Source: Raillietiella orientalis (taxonomy: Eukaryota). Taken from it: a stretch of 64,000 nucleotides of DNA. The stretch covers positions 2,976,001 to 3,040,000 of the forward strand of contig JAYWIR010000014.1 in the NCBI GenBank assembly GCA_036172245.1, written 5' to 3'. Below are positions 1 through 14,000 of the stretch, piece by piece. A program made the position numbers and the translations under genes. Within the stretch, counting starts at the first letter, position 1; each line of letters starts with the position of its first letter. Below the pieces are notes generated by a model. That model was not told the origin of the DNA. It searched no databases and saw nothing but the letters and a program-made list of their open reading frames with translations.

Positions 1-960
1 GCTTTCAACTGGTCTTGCACATCAGAAGCTTATATGCAAAGAATCATATCATGGAACTTGCCTTCTTTTTTTCTTGGGAGCTCCTAAATGCTGCTATGGT
101 ATCTTCGAAAGTGAAGGAAAGGTCGTAGATAATCATCTGATTATCTTTTTAAAGGATGACATGTTCCAGGCTTGACATGATGAGGACAGGTTCCAGATAA
201 AAGTCCTCCATCAGAAACTGCCTGATTGCTGGCAATTAGTTTCATACCTCCCGCTGGCTGTCCTTTCGTTCTCTTAACCAAGGCTTCATGCTGTTGAGTG
301 TCAAGACGAGAGTGCCAGGTCCGATAATTCACACATCAGCTAATATCTTCCAAACCACCTGGCATCGCTTATAAGACCAGTCTTTTCCTGGAAACTCTAC
401 GAATAGAGAGAAAAATGACGACTGACGCGAAATCCGGAGAATCTGATGTATTCTATTCATAATCTGATGTATCTGATGTATTCTGTAATGGGAAAATGGT
501 TCGGAGTCCCATGGATTCCAAATCAATGATCTTCCTTTGGACAGGACCTTATTTGCCTCTTGATATTTGTGTATACCTGTTGGCTCGGTATTAGTCTGTG
601 AAGGTGTGGTCACCATCGCAATTCTAGTCATTGTCCACTTTGACTTCATTTGTAGTGTCGCTATACTGATTTCGTGAGACACCATACCAAACGCGTTCTC
701 TGGATCAATGATTCAATGTACAGATCTCTCGGTAGATGTCTGACGTATCCATCCAATCTGGAGAATGAATTTCTGCTCAAGAACATTCTTTTGAGGACAG
801 ATGATATCGTTCTAAAATTTCTTCTCGAAGCCTGCATAATACTGGCATTCAGTGCATAGACGCCGGATACTGTCCCCCATGGGTTACTGAAATTTAGATG
901 CTTGTGGAAAGGATGACGGAGAGGAGTCGAACTCAACGTACTCTCTTTTTGCTTCCATCA
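1..960 (-). mobile_element. Decayed RLE-clade (NeSL/Utopia/R2-like) non-LTR retrotransposon, C-terminal part
   Basis: Minus-strand fragments with stops and frameshifts: KRCQVVWKILADV / VNYRTWHSRLDTQQHEALVKR (degenerate CCHC finger plus RH motif), then LEHVIL*KDNQMIIYDLSFTFEDTIAAFRSSQEKKK, which resembles the PD..D...FE...AF....K..KY restriction-like endonuclease. Runs off the left edge of the window. Confidence 0.6.
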
Positions 961-2040
961 TTATATGGTCTTCTTTTTCCGCAAACAGACGTTAAATATC
1001 GAAGCCAGCAACTTTGAAGATCTGCAGATCTCCATCCCGAATATGTAATGCCATCTAAGTTAGGTGATGAATTCTCAAGAGGTGTGAATTCTCATGATAT
1101 CTGAAGAAATTCACCTCAAATATGTCTCCAAAAACGCGACTGCAAAAGAGGCAAAAATGACAACGACATGATCTTGCAGACGCACATGGAGCAACTTGCA
1201 AAATCAATCTGAATCATTTTTTTTTCTGTTTTGAGAAATTAAGAAGCATTCTAACAATGTATGCGAAAATGATCACTTTTGCCAGTTTTGAAGATCATTC
1301 AGTTCTCAATTTATTATCATAAGTTTCAATGGTTATTCAATGGAATATTCGAATAGAAAACATTGAATAGCTAATAAGAGTCATCAATTCGATAGAAATT
1401 TATTTGATGAGATTTCTATGTATGAATTTTGATTTTTAATTTGTCCACCTATAATCTATAGTAAACGTATTTCAGGATGTTCTAATCCGTTTCACGCTCC
1501 ACAAAACTTAAAAGAACTGAGAAATTTTCCCTGTTAACCCAGGATAAGGTTTTATATCTATATTTGTATTCAAAATTAAACTGTAAATTTGTATCTGTTT
1601 TATTTAGTTTTTTTTTTATATCATGATTCATTGAAATCATTCACAAGAACGTGCTGTTTACTATAGAAAGCTTCTAGGCTCTTGCATTATATACTCGGAG
1701 AATTGATAGTCACGTGAAGTATATTTTATCTATTTTATTTATAATTTATGTTTTATGTGTAAACTTTTCGGTATCTTATGAACTTGCTGTAATCGACAAT
1801 TAGAGTTGTATATGAGTTTATTAATGGGTTACAATCTTGAAAACTGGCAGCCCTAGCTATGCCGATGTTTTTGCCGAGTTCGTTCAAAATGTTCGAATAT
1901 GCCCAGCCAGGAATGCAACCGTGCAAGAAAATGCAGATTTCTTGTAGAGTATGCAGACATTCGATGATATAAGTACAACGATTGCAAGATGGTAAAATGT
2001 ACCATTTGCTGTCAGTTACTTTTTTAGTATTTGAAACGTT

Positions 2041-5000
2041 ATGAGAATGCAAAGGGCATTTGCGAATAAATTACCCAAGTGAGTTTCATAATTTTCCAGA
2101 GTTAACGCAATACAATATTTGTGCAGACAAACTGCTGCAGATGTACGCCGTAGGGTTGCGATTTCGCAGTCCGAAAAGAATTTTCCCAGTTTCAAAACAG
2201 TTCCTGATTCAAGTCATCCAGTAATTATTTTATGAATGCATATACTACATTATTATACTATGAACACATTTGAAAATTAATTTTCATAGGTGCCTACTTC
2301 TCCAGGGATCGAACTTGTTGATTTTGAAGAAGTTTTCGCCCATGCGTTAAAAACAAGGGATACAGAGTTTTCAAGTGTTCTTTTTGAATTGGCTTCTAAT
2401 GATATAGAAGTGTCTGTAAAAAAGCCTACTTCCCGAACAAAAAAGTCCAGTATTCCGGTGCTGCCTAGGTTATTAAATTTTATCAAATATATCTTTTTTT
2501 ATAGTAACCAGTTTGTATTTCTTAATCAGTAATATTTCAGTCTCCATCTTAGTAACATCAGTAGAGTTTTGGAAACTAGTTTTATATGTAGTTTATGAAA
2601 GGTGAAAATTTATTCAGAAAGTTTACTCAAAATAATTTTCTGAATTTGTTTAGTTTTCACTTTTGTGTACTTTATACAAGGGCCTTAATTCTTGAACATT
2701 AATAAGAATTCATGTCTTGATTCATTTTTAGCCTAATTTATAATAAAAACCTGTTGACATTTCATTTTCTTGAATAAATAGCAATGCAGATCCAAGAATC
2801 ATTGACTGCATAGAGAGTTATGAATCTGAGTATATCCATATAGAAGTAAATTGGAAACAATGCCATGAAAATATAAATTTATATTGTCAGGTTCTCACAA
2901 AACTGGATTATGAAATTGACTATCAGCGTAACTCTTTAGATTCTGGGAGTGTAAAGATTGAACAGATTAACGAAACGGTTTGTAAACTTGTACTATTCAG
3001 TTTAAGTTAATATATTAGTGTAGTAAGTCTCAGATAGTTCCATTAGCTATCTTTTGGTTTGCTGCTTAGTAATGCAACAAAACAAGGAATAGTTAATTTA
3101 AGTGAGTTTAAACATAATTTTATTTCTTATAGACTTCAGCAAGTTCAAGTGCTTTTTTTTATCTTGATGATGTGTCATGTGGTAGTTGCTGCTCTGCTGA
3201 TGATTCTAAAACTCTTGTTGTTGATGAATTTATCCCACATGTGATTCAGAAAACAAATGCTGAACAGCTTGAAACGTTAAATGCAGACAAAAGGCAACAA
3301 AACAGAATAGTATGTATGCAGCTGAATCAATTACATTAACATGAATTCATTGATTAGACTAGGCATATTTTTTATAATTAATTGTAGGAAATTTCAACAA
3401 ATTTGTTACTAGTTTCCAAAATCATCTATTTCCTTCCTTAATTCAATGCATTTTGCTTAATCTGTTAAATTGTTGATTCGCATTTTGATTCATTTTAAAT
3501 GAAATGCATTAGGTTCTTGCAAAGTGCTGATTGTTTTTTTTTTCTCTCTCTCTCTCTTATTATTGTAGCCAATACTGTTTCCATTAAATTATCAAACCTG
3601 TGATCATGAAAGAAACATGCACATCAGTATGGAAGCTGCAAACCCAGCTGAAAACGGTTGTTTTCGTTTTCTTGTCAAATGTCTGCAATTAAAGTAAGTA
3701 GATATTGAATTTTTCAGGTTTTTATCATGAATGGATCTGTTTTTTATGTTACATCATCATCAGTTTGCATTGCATTTAAAAATTCATGTATGTGTATTAG
3801 CATTTCTTTTTTGAAATGGGAAATATTCAAGTTTCTCTTCTCTACCTCCTGCTATGCATCTGTCAACACGAGTATTTAGATGAGAACAATGCATCAAATG
3901 ACAAACCTCTGCCCCTTCGTAAATAAAATCAACATGAAAATGATAAATTCTTGATTCTATCTGTACATAAAATGCTTATTTGTAAAGTGTTATGCAAATA
4001 AATCAGCTATAAAGAAGGCCATTTCAAATAGTTTCTGTATTTACACAAAAAATTAAAATGAATGCTCAAATTAAGATCATCAGACTATTCATTAAATGAA
4101 ATGAAGTTTGTTTTTGTCCCTCATTAGAATATAGCTTTTGCTATAATGGAAAAACATTAATGAGTTCACAGTTTTTTTCTTATAATTGTTTTTTAGAGAT
4201 TTCTTAAATGTAGGATAATGTTTGCAGGATTCAATCTTTGTAAAATTTTAAACTTCAATAGTTTCTGTGTTCCTGATGCAAGTGGTAATAATGTTTATCA
4301 TCTATATGCATGTTCATCATATCTGAAAAATTTGAAACATACCAAAGTTAACACTCAAAATAGTTTCAAGCGTGAGGAAAGTAAATATATGTTAATAAAG
4401 GTTAATTATTGGAGAATGATATTTTTGGAAAATCAATGTGCCTTCTAAACTAGCAATTGAATTAGTAAAAAATGAAAATGAAAATAGTAGCATTTACAGT
4501 GGTGCATTATTGGTAAACAGTCATGAATTAAAGTAGCAAGGTTAAACTGTGCATTAAAGGTTATACTGATTGGAGCATCTAGCATCCCATCAATTTGTTA
4601 GAGATAAATTCAAGCAAAGATTGGCATTGCATCTTGTATTTCATTCATTGTGGCATTCTTGAGCATTTTCTAAGTAGGCTATCATTTTTTGCAGTACAGT
4701 TAATGATTTTGGGTTTATGTCATCAGGTTTCATAAATAGTATCATACTTTTAAGAAAATTGTGTTCAAGAAAGAAATTTTAAGAAAAGTATTTTAATGTC
4801 TTCAATGTTTCAGTTTAGAATTGGAATTTGAGCCAATATTTGCCACACTCGCCCTGTACGATCTCAAAAGAAAAATGAAAATTTCTGAAAATTTTCATTT
4901 TGATATGAACAGTGGACCCCTAAAACGGATGCTATTTGATCATGAAAAGGAGTCAGATATAAGCACAATGTCAAGATCATGCATTTTCAATGTTTCCTCT

Positions 5001-8000
5001 CCATCATCTGATATTTTTCTAGTAATCAAAATAGAAAAAATTCTCCAGGGTGATTTGAATGAAGCAATAGAGCCCTATTTAAAGGAAGACAAAGTAATGT
5101 ACATTTATTTTGCTTGTTCTTTCAGTGCTCACTTCTTTTTCTTGTTCTATCCTTCTCAATTCTGTTATTAAAAAAAAAATTCTAATATTTTGCAAAAAGG
5201 AAGTAATACCAAAACATTGTATATATTTTTCCCAAGCTTGGCAAAACATGCATTTGTATTCATTAGAGACTGTGTATGTTGGAATCAGTTTTTCTAACAA
5301 TTGTCTCATAAGTTTCTTGAAAACAGGATTGCAATTCCTTATGAGAAGCTGTTCATAATTCTGTGTTGGGGGTGCTATTAAAATTGTCTAATTAAAATAT
5401 TAGTGATGGTTTTAAAAATCGAAAATTTTTCTTTACTTAATATTACAGACGTTTGGATGTAATCTGTATAGTCTTTTAGAGAGATTTTTAACGTTGTTTT
5501 CATTTTACTGTTTTTTGGACATGGTCTCTTTTTTTTTTTTTCTTGATATCTTGCACAGACTACAACATATGGTGAGAATGCATACTGAGCTCTGTGATGA
5601 GTAGAGGACTCATTACAGAACACAAGAATATGTTGGAATTTTTGTGATGAATTGCCTCTGTTATTGCTAATGTATATATAACTATGTTTTCATATGATGT
5701 GGGATTCATGTTGTCATCTTATTTGGACCTTATTTCTCTGGAATTTTTGTTTTGTAATATTCAGGAGTAATTGAAAATTTTTGGATTTCATGTTATTCTA
5801 ACTGTTTATTTGTGCTATTATTCTTTCATGAAGAGTTTACATTACATAAGTTGGACCTTGTCTTTCATGTGAGCATGATATTCCCATCTACAGTTTAATG
5901 ATCAATGAATATACGCAGCTTTTAGTTCTTACATTAAATTTAAGAAAATTTTATCTAAGAAACCACATAGAGTGAATGGATTTTATCATTTTATATTGTC
6001 TCAAGTTGTTAAATTATTACATATTTGTACCTCCAAACAAATTCAGTTTGAGGTAATTGTTAAAATCAAAAATTGTTATGGACCATAGTTTTTTACATGA
6101 TTTTTCATCTCATTTTTATCTTCGTATTACATTAAAAGCATTCCTTTAAACTTCAAATAAGATAAGGCATTTGTATACACTTCATTTTTGTAAAACGCAA
6201 AGTAAATTACAACATTCACATCACTAAATTCGTGCCTGCATTTCATTCACTTTCCTGCATCTCACATAGGTTCAAACTTTGTGAGTGCATTACTGCAGTT
6301 GGAAATATATTAATAAGTATTTATCATTATCATATCATGTAAAATTGCAATGCTTTTTCCGATAAAGTTTCTCATCTCTGTATTAGATTGTTTAGAACTT
6401 TATGAGAATTATACAGTTTGCATTGTGGGAATGAATCATATTGAATAGTTGCATTTCTATAAAGATGTAATTAATTTGATTTGTTCTTTAAACAAGAAAA
6501 GTGAGGTAACATTTAATTAGTAGTTCATAAGTTTTTTTTTCCTTGGTGAGGATCACTGAATACATTACTGAGGATAACAGTACAAACTGTATGCAACTGA
6601 ATGCATTTTGTTTATTTCAGGACATATAATGTTTTGTCATAATTTCCGTTTTTTCTGTATTTCTTCGATGCAATGATTATTCAAAGTAATTTAAAAAAAA
6701 AAAACATTCATATTTCAACTTCAAGCATGAATTCAATAATATACTATAGGCAATGTGCTTATGTGATGAATTTCTTGTAACCCTCTAATCTAATAACTGC
6801 ACTTTGAATTCTTTTAATACCCGTAAGATTTAAGGTTAAATTGCATGTTTATAATTTATGATAGTGCGAAAACTATAGAAGACTTTAGTATAACGAACAA
6901 AAGAATTATTAAAGCAGTTCCCCAAACTGTTAAATGCTTAGGTTTATAGTGCTACATTGAGCACCATTAACAAGAAATGCAGTGATACAAAGGATTGTAA
7001 CGAGTTAATTATTTAATAGAGTAACAACATAATAGGACCTAACTGTACTCAAGGGTAGTCTCATTGTGTACATGGATGAAGTTTTAAAAAGTCTCATTTC
7101 TAATTATTTATTCTTTTTAATTTAAGGTTTTTTGCCTTGCCAAATTTACTATGTAAAATCGATTTTTGGCATTTCTTTGAGAATTGAATTTTCAAAATTT
7201 TTCAATTAGGACAATTTAATCTTGAATGGAAAACATGAACTTGGATCATCAAGGGTGTTTCTCTGTTTGTTGTGAGAATACCGTTTTTCTTTGAATGAAG
7301 GCAGTTTAAACAATTCCACAAGTGGTTTCATTTAGAGTGCTGCTTAATATATGTATATCATCTAGAGTGGCACACATACATTGTTTACTACTGAAGATTG
7401 TGTATCTTTTGTTCAGTTACAAATATTCATTCTTTGTATTTCAAATAATTTCACTGACTGCTAATTTCTGTGTTTTTCTCTTAATTTCCAATTACTTTGA
7501 AAGAGATTAATGTGCATTGCCCTTGAAATGATACAAGGGCGTGTTTAAAGTAATTTTGTGCTGATGTTAGTGATAAACTGTAATCAACTGGTCAATATGT
7601 TGAATTCATTTGCAAACTCAATAAATTTTGATTCAGAATTTAGATAAGCTTAAGGCAAATGCATTGGATTTCTGTGAAAGACTTGGAAAATATCGTATGC
7701 CATTTCTGTGGGCTGCAGTTTCTTTGAAAAGTATTGTTCTTGGAAATAGCATGGAAAAAGAATCATGGAAAGCAGATAGCATCAAATCATGTAGCTTAGG
7801 TGAGTCTCAATCATGTAATTTAAGAATATCAGGAACATAATACTTTGCATTTTATGTATTAAATTTTTTATTTGCAAAATATTTTTTAATCTAGTGATTT
7901 GTTTACTCTGAATACTTTATTTTTGTTTAATTCCTTTAACTTCATACTCAAATTAGCAAAAATACTATAAAAATTTTATGACATTTCAAATATGTCATGA

Positions 8001-11000
8001 TTTTCAACTTTTGATCGAGTGTTCAAGAACTATAGTTTTTGCATTATCTGTTTTTGCTTTTAAATGTCTTTGTGTGCTATGATGCATACTCGTGACATTG
8101 CTGATGTTTGTTAATAAATTTACTGTTTCATGAGAAAGCTTGTTAAGTGCCCATTTCTTGTATTTTCTGAATTTGGTTGCATGCTAGAAATGTTGCTTGA
8201 ATTCATGTATATGTATTAGTAATTTGTTAGAATAAAAAATTTCAGCCATTTTTTTTTTACACAAATAATAGAAAGGTAACGTAACAAATAGCAAAGTCCT
8301 TGTGTTTACATGATTTTTTGTGTGCAAAATATTTGTGATGAGCAGCTTATTTTACACTTGGTTGTATGTTGGTTTTGGTTGAATAATTTGCTTTGATGCC
8401 TGTCTGTTTGAAAAGTTGGTTTTAACAAAGCATTTGCATTTCAGCATGACAGTAGCTTTAGTTTTTATTTTAAGCGCTGCACAATATTTATTTGTGTGCA
8501 TTTACTCGAACATATTTTTTGCAGTCTCTTCTTATTTCATTCTTATCTTATGTCCTGTCAGGTAGTTAGTTGAAGAAACTTGAACATCTTTTTTTTATGA
8601 TGAAATTTTAATTTTATAAGAAAATACACTTTGTTTTTCCTTGAGGAATATGATAAACAATTATTAACAAACGATTATTGCTTGAAATTAAGTAAAATTT
8701 ACAGTTAGTATCTACAGAATGTTGTTACAATTAATCCAAGGTGTTGCTTGCATGCCAATTTCTGCATGGAAATACAAATATTTCATTGCTTTCATGTTCA
8801 GTAGAACTGATGCGATTAAATATAAAACTGGCTAAAGGAATTTTTTTAAAATTGTGTTGTAGGCTGCAATCCGTTATGTGCAGTCCACAATTTTATATTT
8901 CATAAGTTGAAGTACAAGTTTTCATGTGTATTGTGACAGATTTGCTATAGTTTACTAGTTAAGTCTCATCCCAATAAAAATTGAAGTTTGCTTCACTAGA
9001 AATAACTGAAAGAAAATTTCTTGTCCAATAAACTTCATTTTCAGAATTACACCTGAATTTTCCACTGTGTTTAGGTACCTGTGGTCAAGGTGATTAGTGT
9101 AAGTCTACATTGATAACTACATAATTCAAAAATTTGAATTCATTTTCCGTTTCACAAAGCATCTTGTGTTATTTGTGAATTACAGGAAGTATGTAAGCAT
9201 TTTTGTTAACTGAAGCATTTTTCTTTTCGCAAAATGCAAAGATAGAGTTCAACATGGTGTTGTAAACATTTTAGAAACAAAATTCTGAAATTTTTGTTTT
9301 TGTGTCTAGAAAGAAAAAGTAGTAATGGTGGTTTTGACCAAATTTGGAAGAAAAATCCGAGTGATATATCGTTATACAGAAAAGATTCATTAGAGAAAAA
9401 AAGATTGAGCTGGAGTTCCGAATGTTTGTCAGAACGCTTGGATTCCTTTAAGCCTCAGATTTTAACAATTTCCAGCTTTTTCAAACAAGTATGAAGATTT
9501 CGTGAAATTATCACATGGATTTGTTTTTTATTTATTCGGTTTCATTCAGGAGTATGATAAATTGAAAGATGATGATCTATTCAAATTTCTGCAGGAATTG
9601 AAGAAGCCATTTAGCAAGCGTTTGAAATGTATTCCTGGAACTTTAAAACTAGAGATATCTCTAGTAAATGATGACTGCAAGTATTGTTTAACTCCAGAAC
9701 TACTTGAAATACATCCATATCCAGGTTAGTCATGTTTTTTCCTTTCTTGCTCTCAGAAGAAAATAATTGTGAAAACATGAAGAATTTATGGAATTAAAAT
9801 AAAAAGCATTTTTCTTGAATAATATGTGTCACTTTTGCAGACATCAAAGCAAGACCAATAAAAGAGATTTTAGAATTTGTGTCTTCTGAAGTTTACAACC
9901 CATTGCCTACTTTTCGAAATTTAGTTTATGTCCTAATAAAAGATTTGAATTTTTCCAGCAGACAAGGTATGTTTAAGCACAAGGCATGTGAAATTAATGT
10001 CTTTCTCAAAGGTTCATTCAGGAATATCACAGTGAAAGTACAGTACAGAATAGGTGAAAATGATAATATGGCCCTACCGGTTATATTTGGAAAATCGAAT
10101 TGTTGTGAACTTACGACTGAAGCTTACACTTTTGTGAATTACCATAACAAGTAAGCATACTATTAAATTTTCTAAAGTGATATATAATTTCCTTTTCATT
10201 AAATTTTTAATAATTTAATATATTCCAAATAACCAGTCATTTTTCAATTCCGTTTTTCTGCTTATTAAGCAGGAAATGCAGTGAAGAATTCAAAGGGGGT
10301 GTCTAAAAGATTCTTTGTCTATAATTTGTTTATTTCTCTTATAATACTCATACCGTTTATCAGCGTACTTCGGAATCCATTATGTTATTACTGTTTTTAA
10401 GTTTTAATATTTCTTTAGGAGTTTTTGAAAAAGGATTTTACAAAATGAAAGACTCGTGTTGTGTAGTCGGCATTTTTTTTTTTTTTCTTTCTAATCAAAA
10501 GGCATATTTGATTTATTGCAGAATGCCCGACTTTTATGAAGAAATAAAAATGAAACTTCCACCATGTCTGAAGTCCACTCATCATTTGTACTTCACATTT
10601 TATCATATCAGTTGCCATAAGAAGATAGAACCTACACCAGTTGAAACACCAATAGGCTATAGTGTAAGTTATTTTTAATTGCCCGGTAGTTCCTCTATAA
10701 ATTTTCTATATTTGTTTTCGAAGTCGATTCTATTGTGATTTTATTGATTTTTGTATATTTATTCCATCCCTTGACCAAAGATAGTAATCATTTATCTTTT
10801 AGTGGCTTCCAATTTATCAAGATAATATTCTTCAAACTGGTCATTTTTCATTACCGGTTTTGATTGACATACCTCCTGCATCTTATTCTGATAAATCACC
10901 GTATAATTATATCTCAAATAAAAAATGGGTAGATAATCGTAAGAACATTTTCAACATTGTTATCTCTGCAGTTTCTTCTATTCATACACAGGTTACAGCA

Positions 11001-14000
11001 GTTGACACTCGTTAAGTTACTGTAACTGTAAGGCATTTTATTCCAGGATGATGCATTAGAAAATTTTTTGCATTTCTGCTCATGTATTGAAACTGGAAAA
11101 CTACCAGCAGGAGTAACCATTGCAAATTTAGGAAATGAATTGAATTTTAGGTAAAATGCTACCTTTGATTAGCATGTAAAGAAGTGCATTGCAAAGTTGT
11201 ATCATGTGGCGTTTCTTAAATTTTTAGAAAAATTTCTGTTTCAGTAGATACAACTGATATGTAGTTTACTTATTAGAGCACTTATAATATAATGTAAAAA
11301 TCTAGGACATGATTTAATGTGTTTTCAACAATTGTTAAAGTTGGTTATATGAAATTTTTATGGCACAAGCAAATATGAAGAATCATTAGTGTATATTCTT
11401 TATTTATTTTCTCAGAATCAATGATACTTGAATTTGCATTTGAAATTCGTCTTTTTATAGTTACATTGTGGGTCAGATTTCGTTTTAACCTTTTCTTTAT
11501 AGTGCTTATTTTTAGTTATACATTCAAAATAAATATCTTTGAATGATTTATCTATCAGTATTACATTTAGGAAACCATTTGCACTCTATGGCACTGTACT
11601 TGGGGAATGTAATTATGTAGGTGTGTGATAGGCATTTCTATTATGTTATTTGTAGTCATAGTGTCCTAGTATTTCCTTGTAATTTCAATCACTGTTCAGA
11701 TCGCAGTCGTATTAAATATGAATTATGGATTTTATAAGATTTGTCTTTGTAAAAATGGATTATTTGGTGATTGTTTTCTAGGCTGATGTCATTTCTCCTT
11801 GGTGTTTAGGTATTTTGTGCATTCTGTTGGAAGATTTTATTTTATTTCATTTCAAGGAAATTTAAATATCACAAATTTGTCTTGAGTTCCTAACTTCGAT
11901 GTAAAGTATTAAAATGGGTTTGTTGATTTGATGATTTTCATTGTAGTATAAAAATAGAATTCCGAAAGTTCCTTGAAATTTTAAAATTTGCAAATCTGGT
12001 TTTAGTAACACAAACTGATTCGTATTAAATGATCTACCACATATTTGAATTAGTAACTAATCATACATTTGTTTTTTAAACAAAAGTAATGTATTCCAAT
12101 GACTGCCAACCACATTGGTGAGTAATAACTGTGTTGGGCAACTGTTCCTACAAATGACAACTTGAAGACACGCAGGTTACTTTTGTGTTTATAATTCTAT
12201 TCATTTTGTCTGTAGACAGCAAATCTGAAAATACTGTTGAAGTGCTAAGGAATTGTTTTTCAATAAAGATCTTGAAGTTGTCATTAGCTAGTGATAGTAA
12301 CACTATAATTGTACATGAACAAGCACATAAAGAAAGTGCAGAGTTCCTTCATAAAGATAAGGCCATAGCTTACAAGGTTAAGCAAGTGCCCAATTTATGT
12401 ACAAAGCCATTGAGAGCTATGAACTTATTGATATCTGTCTAACAAATCATTGAATGGAATATTGTTTCTCCATAATGAAAAATTTTTTGGACCTTATGGA
12501 TAGACTTATGGTTTGGACAGTCAGAAATGGTAACATTCAAATTATAAATCGTAAATTTGAACATGAAATATTTTATTGATATTTTAGTAGCATATTGTTT
12601 TATTCTCCTGATATTTATAAATGGGTGTGCCAAATTTAGGGTAAAATCTTGAAACTGCAATTACTTAAGTATTTCTAATTGTCTGTTTAGGATGTAACAT
12701 CATCTGTTGTGTATATTTAAATTTTGTCTGCTGTATCTATGTGATGTTCTTGATTTTTATTGTTTTCCGATTATTCATTACCCCAAAATTTTGGATATTT
12801 CAGAATATGCAGACTTGCAGATGCGAAACCAGTGGCATTGACAAATTATTTGCCACTGATTTTGAATAAGTTGCTGAAATTAATGATTTGCCCGTTTAAA
12901 TATTATGAGCAATTAGTGCACTTTTCACAGCCATCTTTCACAGGAATTGCAATGATAGTTAATTCCGTGGAAGTAAGAGATAAAATCTTTGTTATTTTCA
13001 TAAAATTTCTGTTTTGTAATAAAAGAAAGCATCAGGTGTTCAAGGCCATGGATGTAAAAACTCAATTTTGTTATCGTACACTTGTTATCAGTGTAAGCTT
13101 CCAACTTTTAAAATATATGATGCATTTTTTCCTGCTCCATTCGCTGATGAACAAGTAATTAGGTAAGTTCATTTCTTGAATCTGATTTGTTTGTATTTTG
13201 TAATTTAAGAAACGGAAGATAGGAAATATGGAATGATAAATATTTTAGGCACAGCATTAAAATGTTTAATACATTTTATTATGGCTAAACGATCATTATA
13301 ATATAAGTAGAGAGTTAATAAATTTGGACTATCAAAATCAAGTGAACATAGTGAAATATTTGTCTATATTGTATTCCTTATCATTGTTTCTTTTTTAGTA
13401 TGATGTTTAAACAAAAAAACAAGAGCACATTTGTATTTACTTTTGTCAGCCTTTTTTTTTTTTTTTTCTACTGCCCTTGTTTTTGAATACTATTTGCATT
13501 GATACCCACATATAGGCTATATTGTTATCTCCACACCATATAGATCTATTTAGGTTTTTGAAAAGAGAATCCCAGTTAATCGAAAATACGGATTTTCAAC
13601 ATTACTTATGCCTTGATTCCTTTTTTTTATCATTTTATTTTATTCCTCAGTATCAGCCTTAAGCAACCCTTATAAGCTCTTCAGAAATTAGAATACTCAT
13701 ATGAATTTTTTTTTTTATAATTTTAAGTCAAGGAAACGATCAGTTTTTCTCCCAAATGGTTCCCAACGTTTTTGTGTGTCTAGGGGACTCTCTGAATGCT
13801 TGATGGGCTGCATATCACACATCACTTGTTTTGATTATCCTGCATATTAGAGTACTAAACAATTTTCCTAAGAATTTGGGAAATTTGGCATTCGTTTTTT
13901 TCTTTTTTATACAAATCATCTGGCAAAAACTTACTGTATCGTAGCTCTTTTGTCATTCAACTCCTTCATAATATGCATGTGTATTAAATCATAAATTAAA

